Source: Eledone cirrhosa (lineage: Eukaryota). From it: a stretch of DNA of 64,000 nucleotides. Positions 41,000 through 55,307 of the stretch are shown piece by piece (positions within the stretch are counted from its first letter, which is position 1; the number at the start of each line of letters is the position of its first letter). The stretch spans positions 125,674,001-125,738,000 of the forward strand of contig OZ024740.1 of NCBI GenBank assembly GCA_964016885.1, in the 5' to 3' direction. Under the pieces are notes generated by a model. The model saw only the letters and a list, made by a program, of their open reading frames with translations, made no database searches and was not told the origin of the DNA. The position numbers and the translations under genes were made by a program.

Positions 41000-41210
41000 A
41001 CTATTCCACATCCTCCCTACAGCCCAGATTTACCTCTTCCTTATGCTGAAATCAAAGTTGAAGGGTTATCACCTTTTGACAGTGGAAAACATACAAAATA
41101 TTGTAACCAATGAGCTAAGAACACTCACTGAGAATGCCTTCTGGTACAATGGAAAAATATTGGAACCACTGTGTAACCTACCATGAGTCGTATTTTGAAG
41201 GTGATAACTT
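41000..41210 (+). mobile_element. Mariner transposase C-terminal remnant
   Basis: CCACATCCTCCCTACAGCCCAGATTTA = PHPPYSPDL, followed by LFLMLKSKLKG..TVENIQNIVT in another frame. Confidence 0.75.
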
Positions 41211-44099
41211 AAAATTTCATGTACATCTAACATACATTTAAATGAAACATCAAGACAAACCTTGTACACATGAGTAATCATATCTTTCTTTCTCCTAACC
41301 CATAAGAAATGTGTACTCAGTACTACAAGCTAACACTTGATACAGCAATCATGTTGCATGCAGTAAGTTCGTTTTGTGTTCACATATTTACTGTCAGGTG
41401 CACAATGGGTGTTGCATATTTTTGCCAAGCCTACAATATAGTGTGAATGATTATGATACTGTTAAATCACCCAGGATGTGGCTCTCATAAGGAGATTTTG
41501 TCTAAAATAACACTTTTCAAACTACAAGCAACCACACAAGCTGATGTGATATTAGTTATTCAATGACATTATCTCTTCAAAATTTATCATTTAAATTTGA
41601 TACATTTCCAACTTGCATATTCAAATATACTTCAATTCTTTATATATTTTTTCGTTCTTTTCTACAGAATCCTGCTAGGAGATACATTTTACTTAGCTGT
41701 TTTCCTTAACTTAGAATACATAAACTCACTTTAAATTCTCATTGTCCAAAAATTAGATTTCCTCATTTAAATATTACTTGCTGCAAATAAGATTTTTCTT
41801 TCATTTTTTTCCTCATTTTCAATGCTTATTAAACATTCTATCTTTTTTCATTTTTTTGTATTTCTGAGATAATTTAAGTGGGCTTTTTTTTATTCTGTCA
41901 CTTTCAAATATTACCATATAAAGTTTATTATTATTGTTTTTGTTAGTTTTATTCATTGTCATTATTATTATTTTTGTTTCTGCTAAACTTTTGTGTACTT
42001 TATCTATTTATTCCTTTAATTCACCAAGAATTATTTCCAAAGATCTGTATATTAATTAGAATAGAATTTCCCATTTTTTATTTTTATTTTTATTTTATGT
42101 TCATTTCTAATGTTTTTATCTTCAAAGACAATTTTTTTCTTCTCTAAAACATTTATAGAATTTTCTTGAATTGTAAAGACTGTCAGTTCTGTGCCATTCA
42201 TTTTCATAGCTCTATTTAACATTTCAATTTTGCATTCACTCAGGGTTGTCGAATTCTTCCATCTGATTCTAAATCTCTAGTAAACTTTTTTTGAATACTG
42301 AAATATAAAATAAAAAAACTTTCAACTGAAGAGAAACAATGTAGGATTTTAAATCTAAATTTAAATTTAAATTAAAAAAAATATATATATACAGATAATG
42401 TATGTCTGTATTTCTAAGATAAAATATTGCAAGAGTTGGTGTGTGTCAAAAGCATGATTGGATAGTGGCTTGATGGATAAGCATATTGAAATTACATATA
42501 AATTAAAATGTTTATGAAGTCAAAGATATGCATACATGTAAAAATATGGCATCTAAATAAAAATCAACGAATATATCAGTCAAAATGTATCATAGCTGGA
42601 ACTGAAAAAGAGGAGCTTAATTGTCCAAACAATTTATGATAATTTTAAGGTAGTGGAGTAGAAGAACTCTACTCCAAAATGGAAACAAATAATATTCGAC
42701 TTTGTATATTTATTATGAACATTGAGCATTTATGACTAAAACATAAATTCCTGTTTATTTACCTCTATAGACACCAATTTTTGAATATATGCATACCAGC
42801 TTATTGTTTAAACAGAAAAACAGGTAATTATTAAGAAGAAGCGCTTGGTGGTGACATTGGTATGAGTTTATGCATTGCTCTTGTTGTTGTTTAACCACAG
42901 GTCAACTCACATTGAGTCAACTTATCATCAAAGGAGTCTTCCTGTGACAATCCTAACAGTATAACTAGGACCTTATTATCCAATGTATGTTTTGGGTTTT
43001 TAAGGAGTTGGAGAATAATTTGAAGATGATTTGATTTGTATTTCCAATATTTCATACAACCTCATAGAAAATCCTTGTATGGCAGTTACTGAAACGATTT
43101 CAATTATCATTCTCTACTCTTTTATTTTTTTGTTAACATTATTAGAGATGTAACATTGCAAAATCTGTATTTCATGTTGAATAAAGGAAACTATTTCATT
43201 TTTTTTTTATTCTTGGATAAGTAAATCTAAAAAAGTGTTCAAAGGTACATCCTGATAAACTGAAGTATTTAAAGATGGAGCTGATTATAGATTGGGAATA
43301 TAAATAAAAAATTATATATTATCTGTTAGTGTTAAGTGATACACTTAAATCTGCATGCTATCCAGATAGTGTCTTGTATAACAGTACACTGTGAGAGTGT
43401 TTAAATATATGTTGACAAGTCTAGCTCATTTTCAAATTTGAGCAGATAGACAACTAAGCTGAACATATAATTTGACACTAACCATCATAAGGGAGTAATT
43501 TTGCAAAATGTTTACATGCTTCTAACAAGCTGTGGCTTGTTAGAAGCAGGAAGTATATTAAGACTACAAATATCTTATTAATTTTACAAGTTCTTTTAAG
43601 ATCTTTCTGAATGTTTAAGCATTACACTTGTTCAGCATGTGTGTTAAATTTCAGAATGGTTTGTGACTTAAGTTGAATTCAAATTCTTAAAGCATTTCAA
43701 TGAATTCAATAAGATTTTTACTGTGATTATCATCCAACCAATCAATATCTTTTCTTCTTATCAATGCTTAACCACTGCTTTGTGACATCTAGTAAATTTC
43801 TAAATCATGTGTTCTCTTCCATGATCAATTTAATTTTTCAAGCTTTCTTTACATCAAACTGAATATATAACATGCTATCCATGAACCCTCAACCTAGTTG
43901 CTCCAGCTGCAAAATATATCAACCAAATCATTCTGAAGTCACATTACAAAATAGACACATTAGAAAATATAGCATTAGATAGTACTGATAAAATAAAGAT
44001 AGAGTGCTCAAGGAAGGAATACCTTTGTTTAAATATATGCTTATTTAAGGGTGAACAATAGCAACAATGTACATCATTAAAACGTTCATCATTCTTGGA

Positions 44100-45290
44100 A
44101 CATGAATCTGTATCTCATCATGGGTTTGTCCATGTCTGCAGGTGTGCATGTGTGATTGTGTGTGTGAGGAAAAGAGAGGTGGTGTTGATATTTTGTATTT
44201 GTTTGTTATAAAATTTAGTCGATCTAAGGTTACTATGGATGCTTGTGTGTGTGCAGTGGGGGAGGTTAGTACGGTTGGTTATTGTTACTTTTGTAATGGG
44301 ATGTCTGGATAGGTTTTCTCGTTTTTCTGCAGCAGTTTGACTGGTGTCATGGTGTCTGCCTTTAGAGGTATGCATGTATAGCTTTAGTGTTGAAAGTGCA
44401 GCTTCGATTTGATTGGTATATACAAGGCTGTGTGTGTGTGTGCAGGCAATGACATACATTTCTATAGTGTCATGTAATGGTGTGTGTGTACATCGCTGCA
44501 TGTGTGCATTTGCTTGTGCTGCATGTCTATCTGGGTACTAGCTCTGGGTGTGATTTAGTGGAACTTCTGGTGGCTGTTAGGTAGAGGCATGTTTGTGTGT
44601 TTAGGCACTGTATGTACCAAGGAGTGTATATTCTGGTGTACAGTCATGATGCTGTATGTACGTAGGAGTGTAGTGGAATAGTCTTACCCTCCCAAATTGT
44701 GTGGGGATCTAAGGTTGAGGTAGGTATTGTAAGTCAGAGGTTTTCATGAAGTCACAAGTTAGACCTTTTCGTTTAGTAGTTGTTCCTTGGCAAACAAAAT
44801 TCGGATGGTTTCTTTGAAGCATAAATTGCACTGGTGGTGGCTCCTCCTTATAAATGTTGGCCTTTGATAAAGTGCTTCATTTCATGTCATAGGTGGTGTT
44901 ATATGGCTTGATAGTGCTGTAGCATACCTCCGGACCCAGTTTTTAAAGGTATGTTGGTTTTGGTGTAGGTGTAGGTGGTTAATCCAATGTAGGCTCTATT
45001 AGCATGTTCAGTTGTGACAGTGCACTTGTATACCAGGTTCCATTGCCGGAATTTAGTATTTAGAGCACACTTGCTTTGGTCCAAGCACTCATTTGGCCTG
45101 ATTGTGTCATTGCTGAGATCTGAGTGAGATTTTATAGAGTTGAATTTGGCAGTGTTGGAGGAAGTAATGATTTGTGCAAAGTTGGATATGGTGCTGTAAG
45201 AAAGTTTGACTGTTTCTATTAAAGATGTTGTGTTAGCAATGGTGTGATGGGAAGGGTTTGTTGAGAAGTTAGTAAAAGTGAAGTTATTGC
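44100..45290 (-). mobile_element. Decayed 3' part of a PLE related to the 819-aa element
   Basis: ETVKLSYSTISNFAQIITSSN, NLVYKCTVTT..AYIGLT and CNLCFKETIRILF..LLN match the intact ORF's linker and EN. About 44100-44700 is the probable 3' UTR. Confidence 0.85.
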
Positions 45291-47169
45291 ATAGTCAAGA
45301 TTCAAAATTCACTATCTTTATTGTTTTATTACAACATTAATGCAATATATATTCCTTTTTTTGTTTATCTGAGGCTTTAAAGCCTTTTTTTAATAACTAC
45401 ATTCACAATTCAAACATAAAGTATTTATTTCTGATTTTGTATGTGGTGTGCTCCTTGTTTTTAAAACCTACTAACCAAGAATATTTATAGTCCAAGTGAT
45501 GAATCTATACATTGATTCCAACTATCAAATTTCACTCAACTGGCTTCGATCAATCCTAAAAAAGCCTAAAGTCTGTCTTGAGCTTGGAGGCTTATCAGTC
45601 TAGTGCTTTTCCCAGTTTCTGTGGTTTCAAGTGATTCAGAATACAAGATTCCTTGCTGGACAGGATGCCACTCCATTACATGATTAAACTCCGATCTATT
45701 GCTAGTACTCATTTTCAGCTAACAATACTGGATCAACACGAAACGAAATATTTTGCTCAAAAACAAAACACATTCCACTATGATAAAAAAAATGTTGCCT
45801 AATATGCCAGGCAAAAGGAATTAATTTTAACATGATTTCAAAGTAAACTTCTTAACCATATATGTTCTTAACCTATAGATGTTTGCTTGGTAATAATCTT
45901 TACAAGCTATAGTGATATACGTAGAACAGTCTTCATTCCTACTCTACCAACCAAATGCATCATGAAATACAAAGGCTGATATAAGTAAAATCTTGTTTCT
46001 TTCAAATTATTGTTACGTTAAATATATTATTAAATATATCAATGAAATTATTGATATATTTAATTATTGATATCTTATACAATTCACCGTTCTTCCAGTG
46101 CATAATTAACAATCATTGTTACATCTCTGCTTTCCTCAACAAAATAAAAGCAGTGAAAGGAAAGAAACTAAAATTAATATGTCAAAATATGGGAAATTGT
46201 AACAGCCATTAATTCTTTGTTATTTTACGATAAATTCTTCATTAGAGATTAATGATAAAAATCTAAAGTAATTAAAACACACTATTGAATCAAAATTATC
46301 CATTGTTTTTTCATAGAATTTCCTTCCAAAATGGAGATAAATTTATCCATAATTATTAATTAAAGAATTTCAATCAGAAATTATGTATGAATATTTTCAG
46401 AATAGATTCAAATAAAATATTAAGAAACAGAAAATTATAAATAAACAAGGAATATTGGAATAATATATTTCTATTTATTAAATATGAATAAGTGCACATA
46501 GACAAAAAATAATGGCAACATACACACAAACGCTGACACACACACACATACAAATAATAACTAATGATTTGTAAATAGCACTTGAACCCACATCATATGT
46601 ACATTTTTCTGTTGTTCCCTAAACCCACAGAACTTAAATGCTACCAATTCTGAGTGATTCATCCTTCAATTTATAATCTTATAATACAATGTTACATTGT
46701 TAAATATGGCAGTTATTATCCTCATAAGGTTGTTTACAACTATTTTCTAAACACAACCACAAAAACCACCGAGTAGATGTTTGCATGCTGAATTGTACCT
46801 GCTTACCTTATAAAATATGATATCAACATTCAGATCTTCTATCAGTTCACTAGAAAAGTTAAAAACATATTTTGCTTCATGTTTTGTGGACTTTAAATTA
46901 AATAATGAATTTATTAATAAGTTCATATTGTTATATTTGTATGAACATAGAAAAAATATACAGAGAGACATCGAAATGAATTACAGATGGGATATAAACC
47001 CACAATATATTTATTATTATTCTGGTATATAGAGACTATATGTGATTACATGGTTTGCTAGATATAACAGACAAACCTCATTCAAAACGTATCCTACAGT
47101 CTATGTTTAACATATTAAATAAGGTTGTTGTTGACAAACTTAGAAACTCCTGCATCTTGAGACACCTCA

Positions 47170-47605
47170 GGTAGCCAAAATGCGCCAGTAACCAGGGTCA
47201 GTTGCATTTATCAATACAGCATTCCAACTTTTGTTGATGGGTTTTAGGTCTCTGTCGATTGTCTGCAGCCAGTTCATCTTGGGATATCCTCTTCACCATT
47301 TTCCATGTGGGTACCATTACAGGGCCTGATTCACATGTCTCTCAATTGGGAGTTGTGTGGCATGTCCCGACCAGCCAAGTCAACACTTACACATGATGTT
47401 AGAAATAGGTTGTTGATAGGTTCATTGACAGACTCCTTTGTTGGTGATGAAGTCATCACACCTGAGGCCAAGGATTTTGCATAACAATTTGGTGTCAAAA
47501 GCATCTAATTGGTTCTCTTGGCTGGTCTTCATACTCCATGTTTCACACATATACAGGAACATAGGAAACACAATGCTGTTGAAAAATCTCATCTCATCTT
47601 GTCAC
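47170..47605 (-). mobile_element. RTE-like LINE 3' fragment
   Basis: ETWS-like motif, WSGH, then a W.P.GK..RG.P..W pattern; degenerate. Confidence 0.65.
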
Positions 47606-49907
47606 CAAGCAAAGTTATAGACAGGTTATGTTTAAAAATCTGAAGGTGGAATGGTCAGAGTGAGAACAAATATTTGATCATAGGTTTCTTGATCATAGTT
47701 GAGCATTGACTAAGCACAATAACAACAAAAACAACATTAATAACAATTATGTGTCAGTTATATTTATATACACCAATATGTGGTATATAGAGTTATTTAT
47801 TTGAATTTTATGGATCTGCAGAGGTATGTATGAATAGGTAAGCAATACCTGGTTTCCATTTCTGCCAGTTTTATTTTTTATATTATGTAATAACAGAGAA
47901 TAAATCTATCCAATTTTATTTCATCTTTTATGAATCATAGATAGAATGATTAATTCATTAAAAATCTAACAGATGAAGTAAGTTAGTATCCTCATCCTTA
48001 AATATGTTTAATGTTTATTTTCCATGCTTGCCTAGGTTAGACGGCTGTCACATTGTAAGGCCTGATGAATCATAGGACTATGTCCTGCTTGTTTAATTTG
48101 TTTTGGCTTGGTTTCTACAGGTGGAGGACCTTCTCAACACCAACACCTTTACAGCATGAATGAAGAGCATAGTTTCTATGGTTGGATGCCCTTCCTAATG
48201 TCAACCACATTTCAGCATATACTGACAACAGGTTTTCTAAGACTAGATGTACTTCCTAATACCATCCACTTTACCACGCATACTGTGTGCATTATTATCA
48301 CGATGCCAGCACTACCACTTTGATATGGTTGATTGGATGCTTTTTGTTGTGGCACCAGCACTATCTCAGGAGGCATTGGCTGGCATTGGAGCTGAGGTAC
48401 AGACATTGCTCTGCTGGAAGCTGGTTCATGGTGATGGCTTTGAAGTGGATGGTGTCTGACATTGAAAGAGTGTGCCTCAATTCCCTTAATGGCCTACATG
48501 AGTTTATATACTGCTTAGAGCAAGTGGGTGGGTGTTGTCTATCATTTTGGTGTATGCTAGTCTTCCATGGGTTGGGGAAGTGATGAGGGTGCAAGAGTTC
48601 AGCAAGGGTGGTGACCCAGTCAGTGTTCATTCTAACTTTCCATGCTAGCATGGGTTAGGACAGGCAAAGACCTGGGAGTTGTTTCATCTCTCTATACCTT
48701 TGGGTTTAGAGTGGAGAAGGGGATCAGATGCATGCTAGCAGAGAATTTAGGAGTATACTGGCAGGTGGAGGGAGGGACTGGAGTGTTGAATCACGTCTCT
48801 GTTTCTTTGGGTTGAGGGAGGTATGTAGTTTGCCATCATCTTTATACTGCTTTATTCCACTTGCACGGGAAAGAAATTTCTCTGTATATTTATAATATAT
48901 CTATGCACTAGAGATTTTTCAACAAAATATATCAAAACAACAATAAACACTATAGCAACAAAAAGAATGCTGTTTGGATTACAAGTGATTGTACAACATT
49001 TACAATGTATACTGAGCAGTTTTTAACAATTTGCAGCAAGTATCTGGTTTGAAGACATCTTCATACCAGCTAATATCTTTCACTCTTGAAAACTAATGTT
49101 CAATAATATTAATAATGTGATGATCATAACACCCTACTCTAAGTGGTCATTATGATGGCACAGTAAAAAACACTTATCAACACAGTAACTGTTGTAGGTG
49201 TTAGGCTCGGCATCCATTTGTAGAAACCAAGCCAGAAACAATTCTGTTTGAGCAAAATAAGTTCATCTGATCTGACTTGTCACATAATGCGACAACTCCT
49301 ATAAACTATGCTAGCATAGAAAGATGGACATTGAATGGTGATGATGATATATCATCAACATCATCATTTAACATTTGCCTTCCCTAGTAGCAAGGGTTGG
49401 ACGTATCTACAAAGACAGGCCGAGCGGTCCGCATCCTGCTTATGTATGGTCATCCATCCTATTGAGTGCAGAGGAATTGTCATGTCTTTTGAGATAAACT
49501 GAAGGGGTCCTCCTAACCCTTTATTTAGCAAGGTTTCTATCGCTGGGTGCATTTTTGTGGCACCATCACCAGAGAGGGTGTTGGGGATAGACACAACTGT
49601 AGAGCTATCTCAACTTTGGGAGGAGGGCAATAGGGGTGGGAGATAGGAATTAAGTGGGAATTTGGCAGGAAAAGGAATAAGGGAAAAGGGTGGTTGGTTA
49701 GTGTATGGAGAGAGAGGGGTGTAGTGGTGTGAGGGATGTGGTCAATAGGGTCAGAAGCGGCTTGATGGAGAAATAGTAAAGGGATGAGTGATAGGTATGG
49801 GTAGGTGATATATGCATATATACATACATAGAGACATATGCATATAGGCATTAAGGTGCAAATTAATTGCATCCATAGGCTGTATGCCTATGGGGAGCAG
49901 AGCATCA

Positions 49908-50246
49908 ATAGTATTAATATATAAGGAAACAAAGAATCAGTGTAGCATGATATATATATTTAACTGCATATTACATATATTTCACTGTGGATCAGCTCAA
50001 GGAACGATCTATTAATCATGGAACCTCAGAATTGGAAGCTCCTCAGATATGTCATAACATGTAGACTCGCGCCTACATGTAGACGTGAGACTACATGTTA
50101 AAACATATCTGAGGAGCTTCTGATTCCAGAGTCAGGGTTGATTAATAATAGATCATTCCTCGAGCTGATCAACAGTGAAACATATGTAATATGTAATTAA
50201 ATATGTATATGAAGCAACACTGTTTCTTTGTTCCCTTATGTATTAA

Positions 50247-50251
<5 letters not shown>
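49908..50251. repeat. Imperfect palindrome (centre ~50077) with a hammerhead in each arm
   Basis: The arms are diverged reverse complements around CTACATGTAG, adjacent to (TA)n. Confidence 0.9.
50103..50194 (+). ncRNA. Type I hammerhead with extended stem II (mirror copy 49966-50052, minus strand)
   Basis: ACATAT-CTGAGGA-GCT[~55 nt]AGT-GAAA-CATATG-TA^ATATGT. Confidence 0.75.
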
Positions 50252-50301
<50 letters not shown>

Positions 50302-50669
50302 CATACATACATCAAAATGGCATCCAGAAGTGGATATGGAAATGACCACAGTGAAATACGATGTTCATTATGTTAGTAAAGAATAAGCATATTCATTTTA
50401 TATAGGAATATCCTATATATATGTGTGTTCTTCAGGTTTTGTAATTTCGCAAATTTTTGCCTATAGAGAGAGAGTTAGTTTCTAACATAGATACATGACT
50501 CTCTCATTGGAATTTATACAACATCAACATGGTAGATATGTATACATATCTGCATGCAGGCATGTGTGTGTGCAGTTATGGATGTTATTGTATATGTGGA
50601 TGTGAATGTTTTGAGTGATATGTGTGCATGTGCATATGCTTTGTATCTCTACATGTGTATATGCAGTTA

Positions 50670-51270
50670 TTAGATACAGAATTTTTGGAATGTTTTACAT
50701 ATTTTCATTGTTCCATTAATGGATTGTATTAGTAATTTCCTAATTAGTCATGCTCTTTCTGTTTCTGTGAAGCTCAGCTTCTCAAGATATGTATTGAGGC
50801 AGTTACTAACATATCCCAGTGCCCCAATTATCACAGGCATAAATCTGAAGGTATAGTCAGGGTGGAGTATCTGTCGATTTCTCATTAGTTCTGCATAGAT
50901 ATTCTCCTTTTCAATAATTATTAATATTATATTGACATCTGCTGGGCAGCTAACTTCTACTAATTTGCATGCCTTCTTTTCCCAGTCCCATATTATATAT
51001 GATCTGTTATGCCTGCATTTTATTGAGGTTTTTACTGAAAAATTCCACCAGCACTTTATCATATTATGTATATGTATGTCTTCCATATTGCTGTAGCTTT
51101 TAATATGTTTATTGTCAGGGCTATCTTTTTTATGGATTGCATTGTACAGTGTTTTGGCCACTACATCATGCCTCATAGGTAGATAGTACCATGATGACAT
51201 CTTTGGACAGCTGCTTATGACAAGGGTGACAGCTTCGATGTTAATTCTGCAGTCTGCACTTGTCACATCT
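50670..51270 (-). mobile_element. RLE-type LINE 3' remnant
   Basis: CRI..ISSCP..RHDVVAK..WWN..HNR..LVEVSCPAD..EKENIYAEL..PVIIGALG (ORF 50748-51380). Confidence 0.85.
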
Positions 51271-51409
51271 AGGGGTTTTTCCTGCATGTATGTATGAATG
51301 TATGTATGTATGTAAAGATGTATGTATGTAAAGATGTGCATTACAATTATGATGATTTTAAAAATACCCTTTTCACTCACTTAAATTACCTGACATATGA
51401 CGACCAGTG

Positions 51410-51650
51410 CCACCACCAGCAACCACCACCAACAACAACAACAACAACAACAAACACCAACAACCACGACCACCACCACCACGACCACCACCACCACCAC
51501 CAATAACAACAACAACAACAACCACCACCGCCACCGACACCAACAACAACCACCACCACCACTACCAACCACAACCACCACCACCAACCACCACTACCAC
51601 TATACCACTACCAACAACAACCAACACCACCACCTCTACCAACCACCACC
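51410..51650. repeat. (CAA/CAC)n low-complexity tract
   Basis: Direct inspection. Confidence 0.95.
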
Positions 51651-51859
51651 TATTCTTCTGTCTCTTTATATACCTAACTATTTTCATAACACCTATACAC
51701 CCATATGATATAATAATGAAAATATTGTGTACAGTGCTCAGGTGCACTACAACTCATCAAAGGTGTATGTATAGTACTGTAATGTACAAACGTCAGGAAA
51801 ATGAACAGTGCATGAGTAATGATATACACATGTGTGCATGTGTATGGAAGGGGGACATC

Positions 51860-52310
51860 AGGTGTAGTTTTGGCGAATTTCGGGAAGCATGAGGGTTTTA
51901 AAGGATGCAGTGTCTCGGCAGCTAACAACTGACGCAGAAAGTTTGTTCCATGCTTCAGCAACTCTAAGCATGAAAAAATGTTTCTGAAAGTTATGGGAGC
52001 TGTGCTGTTTTTTGACTTTGTGTGTTAGACACATGGAGATCAAAAAGGTGCTCAGGGTTGTTGTTGGCGAGATGGTTAATAACTTTGTGGGTGTTTACCA
52101 AGTCCATTGCCAGACATCGGAGCTTCAATGAATCCATGCCCAGGGAAGCAAGGCGTTCAGAGTATGGTAGGTGTCTGATGGAGGGTATGCGCTTGGTTGC
52201 ACATCTCTGAAAAGTTTCCAGGAGGTCAATGTTCTGAACAAGATAGGGGTTCCAGACTGATGATGCGAATCCCAAGTGTGGTCATACCATAGCTGTATAC
52301 AGCTTTAAAT
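51860..52310 (-). mobile_element. CR1-like LINE 3' fragment
   Basis: ASSVWNPYL..IDLLETFQRCATKRIP..LPYSERLASLG..SL..DL, then FF..RVAEAWNKL. Confidence 0.85.
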
Positions 52311-53162
52311 AGTCTAGTTATCTATCTCTGTGCCTATTTCTGGATGTCTGTCTGTCTCTCTTTCACTCTGCCCCCACCCCTCATATATATGTGCGTGTGT
52401 GTGTGCAAGTGTCAGTTTGTAACAAGACAAACAGACTAACTGTAAGATACCAAGTTTATGCTAGTATGTAAATGTAAATATCTATATATCTATCTATATG
52501 TATGTGTCTATCATAATAAAAAGACAATAGGTAAGTGAGCTCTATATCTATTGAAAAGTTATATAGTTAGTTTATAACAATATTATACTTATTATATTTA
52601 GGCTACTTGCTGGTTCTATAAGGAATTCAAACATTAATTGGGTTTCCATACACTGTGCCTGAAGTTGCATTTCCTCAGACAGATTCTAGCATATTCAATA
52701 TTAGGAATTGTGTATGTTAACACCATTAGAGTGACTAGCAGAAAAACCACCCTTCGGCATGTGTGGTGTGTATATTGATATTATACGCAAGTATATATAC
52801 ATGTAGATATGATACATCAAATAAGATCGTAATTGACAATATAAACAGAAATTGAACGAAGACGTTGTTACACTATCTTATGTAATCAGTAACGTAATCC
52901 ATGATACATTAAAAAAAGACGATATTATATATAAACTGCATTAGGAGAAAATTAGTATGTTTATTTAAATGATCGTCACCGGAAGGTTGACATCACAAAC
53001 TCTCTCTTTCTATAAATATGGTAGTTGAAGTGGTGGCGGTGGTGGCAACGATATACCGGAAGTGCAACTTCGAAAAGAAGTCTATTTTAAATTATTTATT
53101 TTTACGAAATTATTTTTGTTTACGAAATTTTGTAGATAAATTAAGTGATATTCATTCATTAC

Positions 53163-53352
53163 GGTAGATTGGCAGTATCGGTAGAGGGTCGGACGCTATG
53201 CTTTTCAGCAAAGAGTTACGGCCCCTGCCATTCTGAGTTCAAATCCCGCCGAGGTTAACTTTGCATTTCTTCCTTACCGGGTCGATAAAATAAAGTACCA
53301 GTAATACACTGGTTAATTTGCTGGCCTTGTGCCACAAGTAGAAACAATTATT
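53163..53352 (+). mobile_element. SINE, family A
   Basis: Near full-length match to 18905-19098. Confidence 0.85.
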
Positions 53353-53574
53353 TATTCAAAGTAATCCAATTTACTAACGGAATAACAAAAAAAATAAACC
53401 GTACGCAGTCCTGCAGACCTTCCTTTATTATAGTTTAGATTATCTCAGGAAACAAGCAGGCAACCTAAACAAACATTGAGTAATATTATTGTAAAATTAT
53501 TATACATCAACACATTTATACAAACATATATTTTTGTGTGGACATGTGTTTATATCTATCTATATATATATATG

Positions 53575-53741
53575 TAAGTATGTATGTATACGTACATACA
53601 TATATGTATACAGACGTACAGTAGCATGTATATATATATATATATATACATACAGGCACACATATATATAGGCACGTATCAGTTTACCGAACATTTATTA
53701 TAATGTTCGCTTTGTTCGTTTGTAAACAAATGTGTGCCTGC

Positions 53742-53808
<67 letters not shown>

Positions 53809-54226
53809 GCTACTGTACGTCTGTATACATATATGTATGTACTTATACATACATACTTACATTTAAGTAAGTGCCGTACTAAGAGTGAGAAATGAAATGT
53901 CGTTTCATTCTATTACATTTATCGTTTTCGGTGCACCTGGCCGACTGAACTCACTCGATATGCAAATTAGGCTGCTCAGCCGTTAATTTTCATAAGGAAA
54001 GTATATACTTTTGAACGTTCAACCATCCGGCAGAAAGGTATACGGTGCTGACGATAGCTAACAAGCTTGAAACTAGTACATCGTTCCTGTGTCAGTGTTG
54101 AACAAAAAGGTGACGTGGTTGCCTGAACACTGTACGGCGTAAATCAGGCTGTTCGTTTGTTTACAAGCGAACATTATAATAAATGTTCGGTAAACTGATA
54201 CGTGCATATATATATATGTGTGCCTG

Positions 54227-54235
<9 letters not shown>
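53575..54235 (+). mobile_element. 416-bp family retrozyme-like copy with an inverted partial copy; HHR at 54043-54083
   Basis: CGGTG-CTGACGA-T-AGCT(AACA)AGCT-T-GAAA-CTAG-TA^CATCG. A further fragment lies at 54740-54855. Confidence 0.88.
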
Positions 54236-54285
<50 letters not shown>

Positions 54286-54414
54286 AGAAGCAAAAAATTG
54301 CTTATTGTGATCCAGTTTTTGGTTAAGAAAGCCAGTTTCATGGATGGTTTCAACGTACGGTTAGGGGTAACTCCACAAGTTTGTAAGAATTCCGTTCAAT
54401 CTTGGAGTATAAAG

Positions 54415-54721
54415 TATAAAAGAGAAAACACAGGTAAGCATTAAGAGAAGGCTTTAATCCAGGTATTTACGACCGTTTCATTGGTAAGTGCAACCTTATA
54501 TTGCTATACTGCAAATAGCAGCCACTCAATTATAATTGTTGTTCACAGTCCAAATTTTCAAAATAGTCACTATTTTGAAAATTTGGACTGTGAACAACAA
54601 TTATAATTGAGTGGCTGCTATTTGCAGTATAGCAATATAAGGTTGCACTTACCAATGAAACGGTCGTAAATACCTGGATTAAATCCTTCTCTTAATGCTT
54701 ACCTGTGTTTTCTCTTTTATA
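54415..54721. repeat. Near-perfect palindrome, ~153-bp arms, 1-nt spacer at 54568
   Basis: One mismatch seen between the arms. Each arm carries a U3-A8 HHR. Confidence 0.95.
54571..54672 (+). ncRNA. Variant (U3-A8) hammerhead with extended stem II (mirror copy 54464-54565, minus strand)
   Basis: TATT-TTGAAAA-T-TTGG[~65 nt]CCAA-T-GAAA-CGGTCG-TA^AATA. Confidence 0.7.
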
Positions 54722-54957
54722 TATATATATATATATATACCTGCTACTGTACGTCTGTATACATATATGTATGTACGTATACATACATACTTACATTTAA
54801 GTAAGTGCCGTACTAAGAGTGAGATATGAAATTTCGTTTCATTCTATTCCATTTATATATATATATATATGTACATATATATATATATTTATATATATGT
54901 ACATATATATATATATTTATATATATATATATATATATATATGTACATATATATATA

Positions 54958-54993
<36 letters not shown>

Positions 54994-55234
54994 TATATAT
55001 ATATATTTATATAGACATATATATTATATATATGTATGTATATTTCAATCTCTCGCTCTCTCTCTCTCTCTATATATATATATAAATGTAATGAAAATCC
55101 AACACTTCGTCCTTTTTATTATTTTTAGTATTGTATTACAATCTGCTTAGTGCAGTACCAACACAGCTACTGGAAACTACGCATTGAGTGCTCACTCTGG
55201 TGAACCTACAGTAACAGGATGTTACAATCCCTAA

Positions 55235-55307
<73 letters not shown>

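Noticed and set aside
51294-51892. Poly-Q/T/H/P/N ORFs (similar ones at 35150-35903)
   Set aside because: Trinucleotide low-complexity tract open in several frames, with no splice or domain support.
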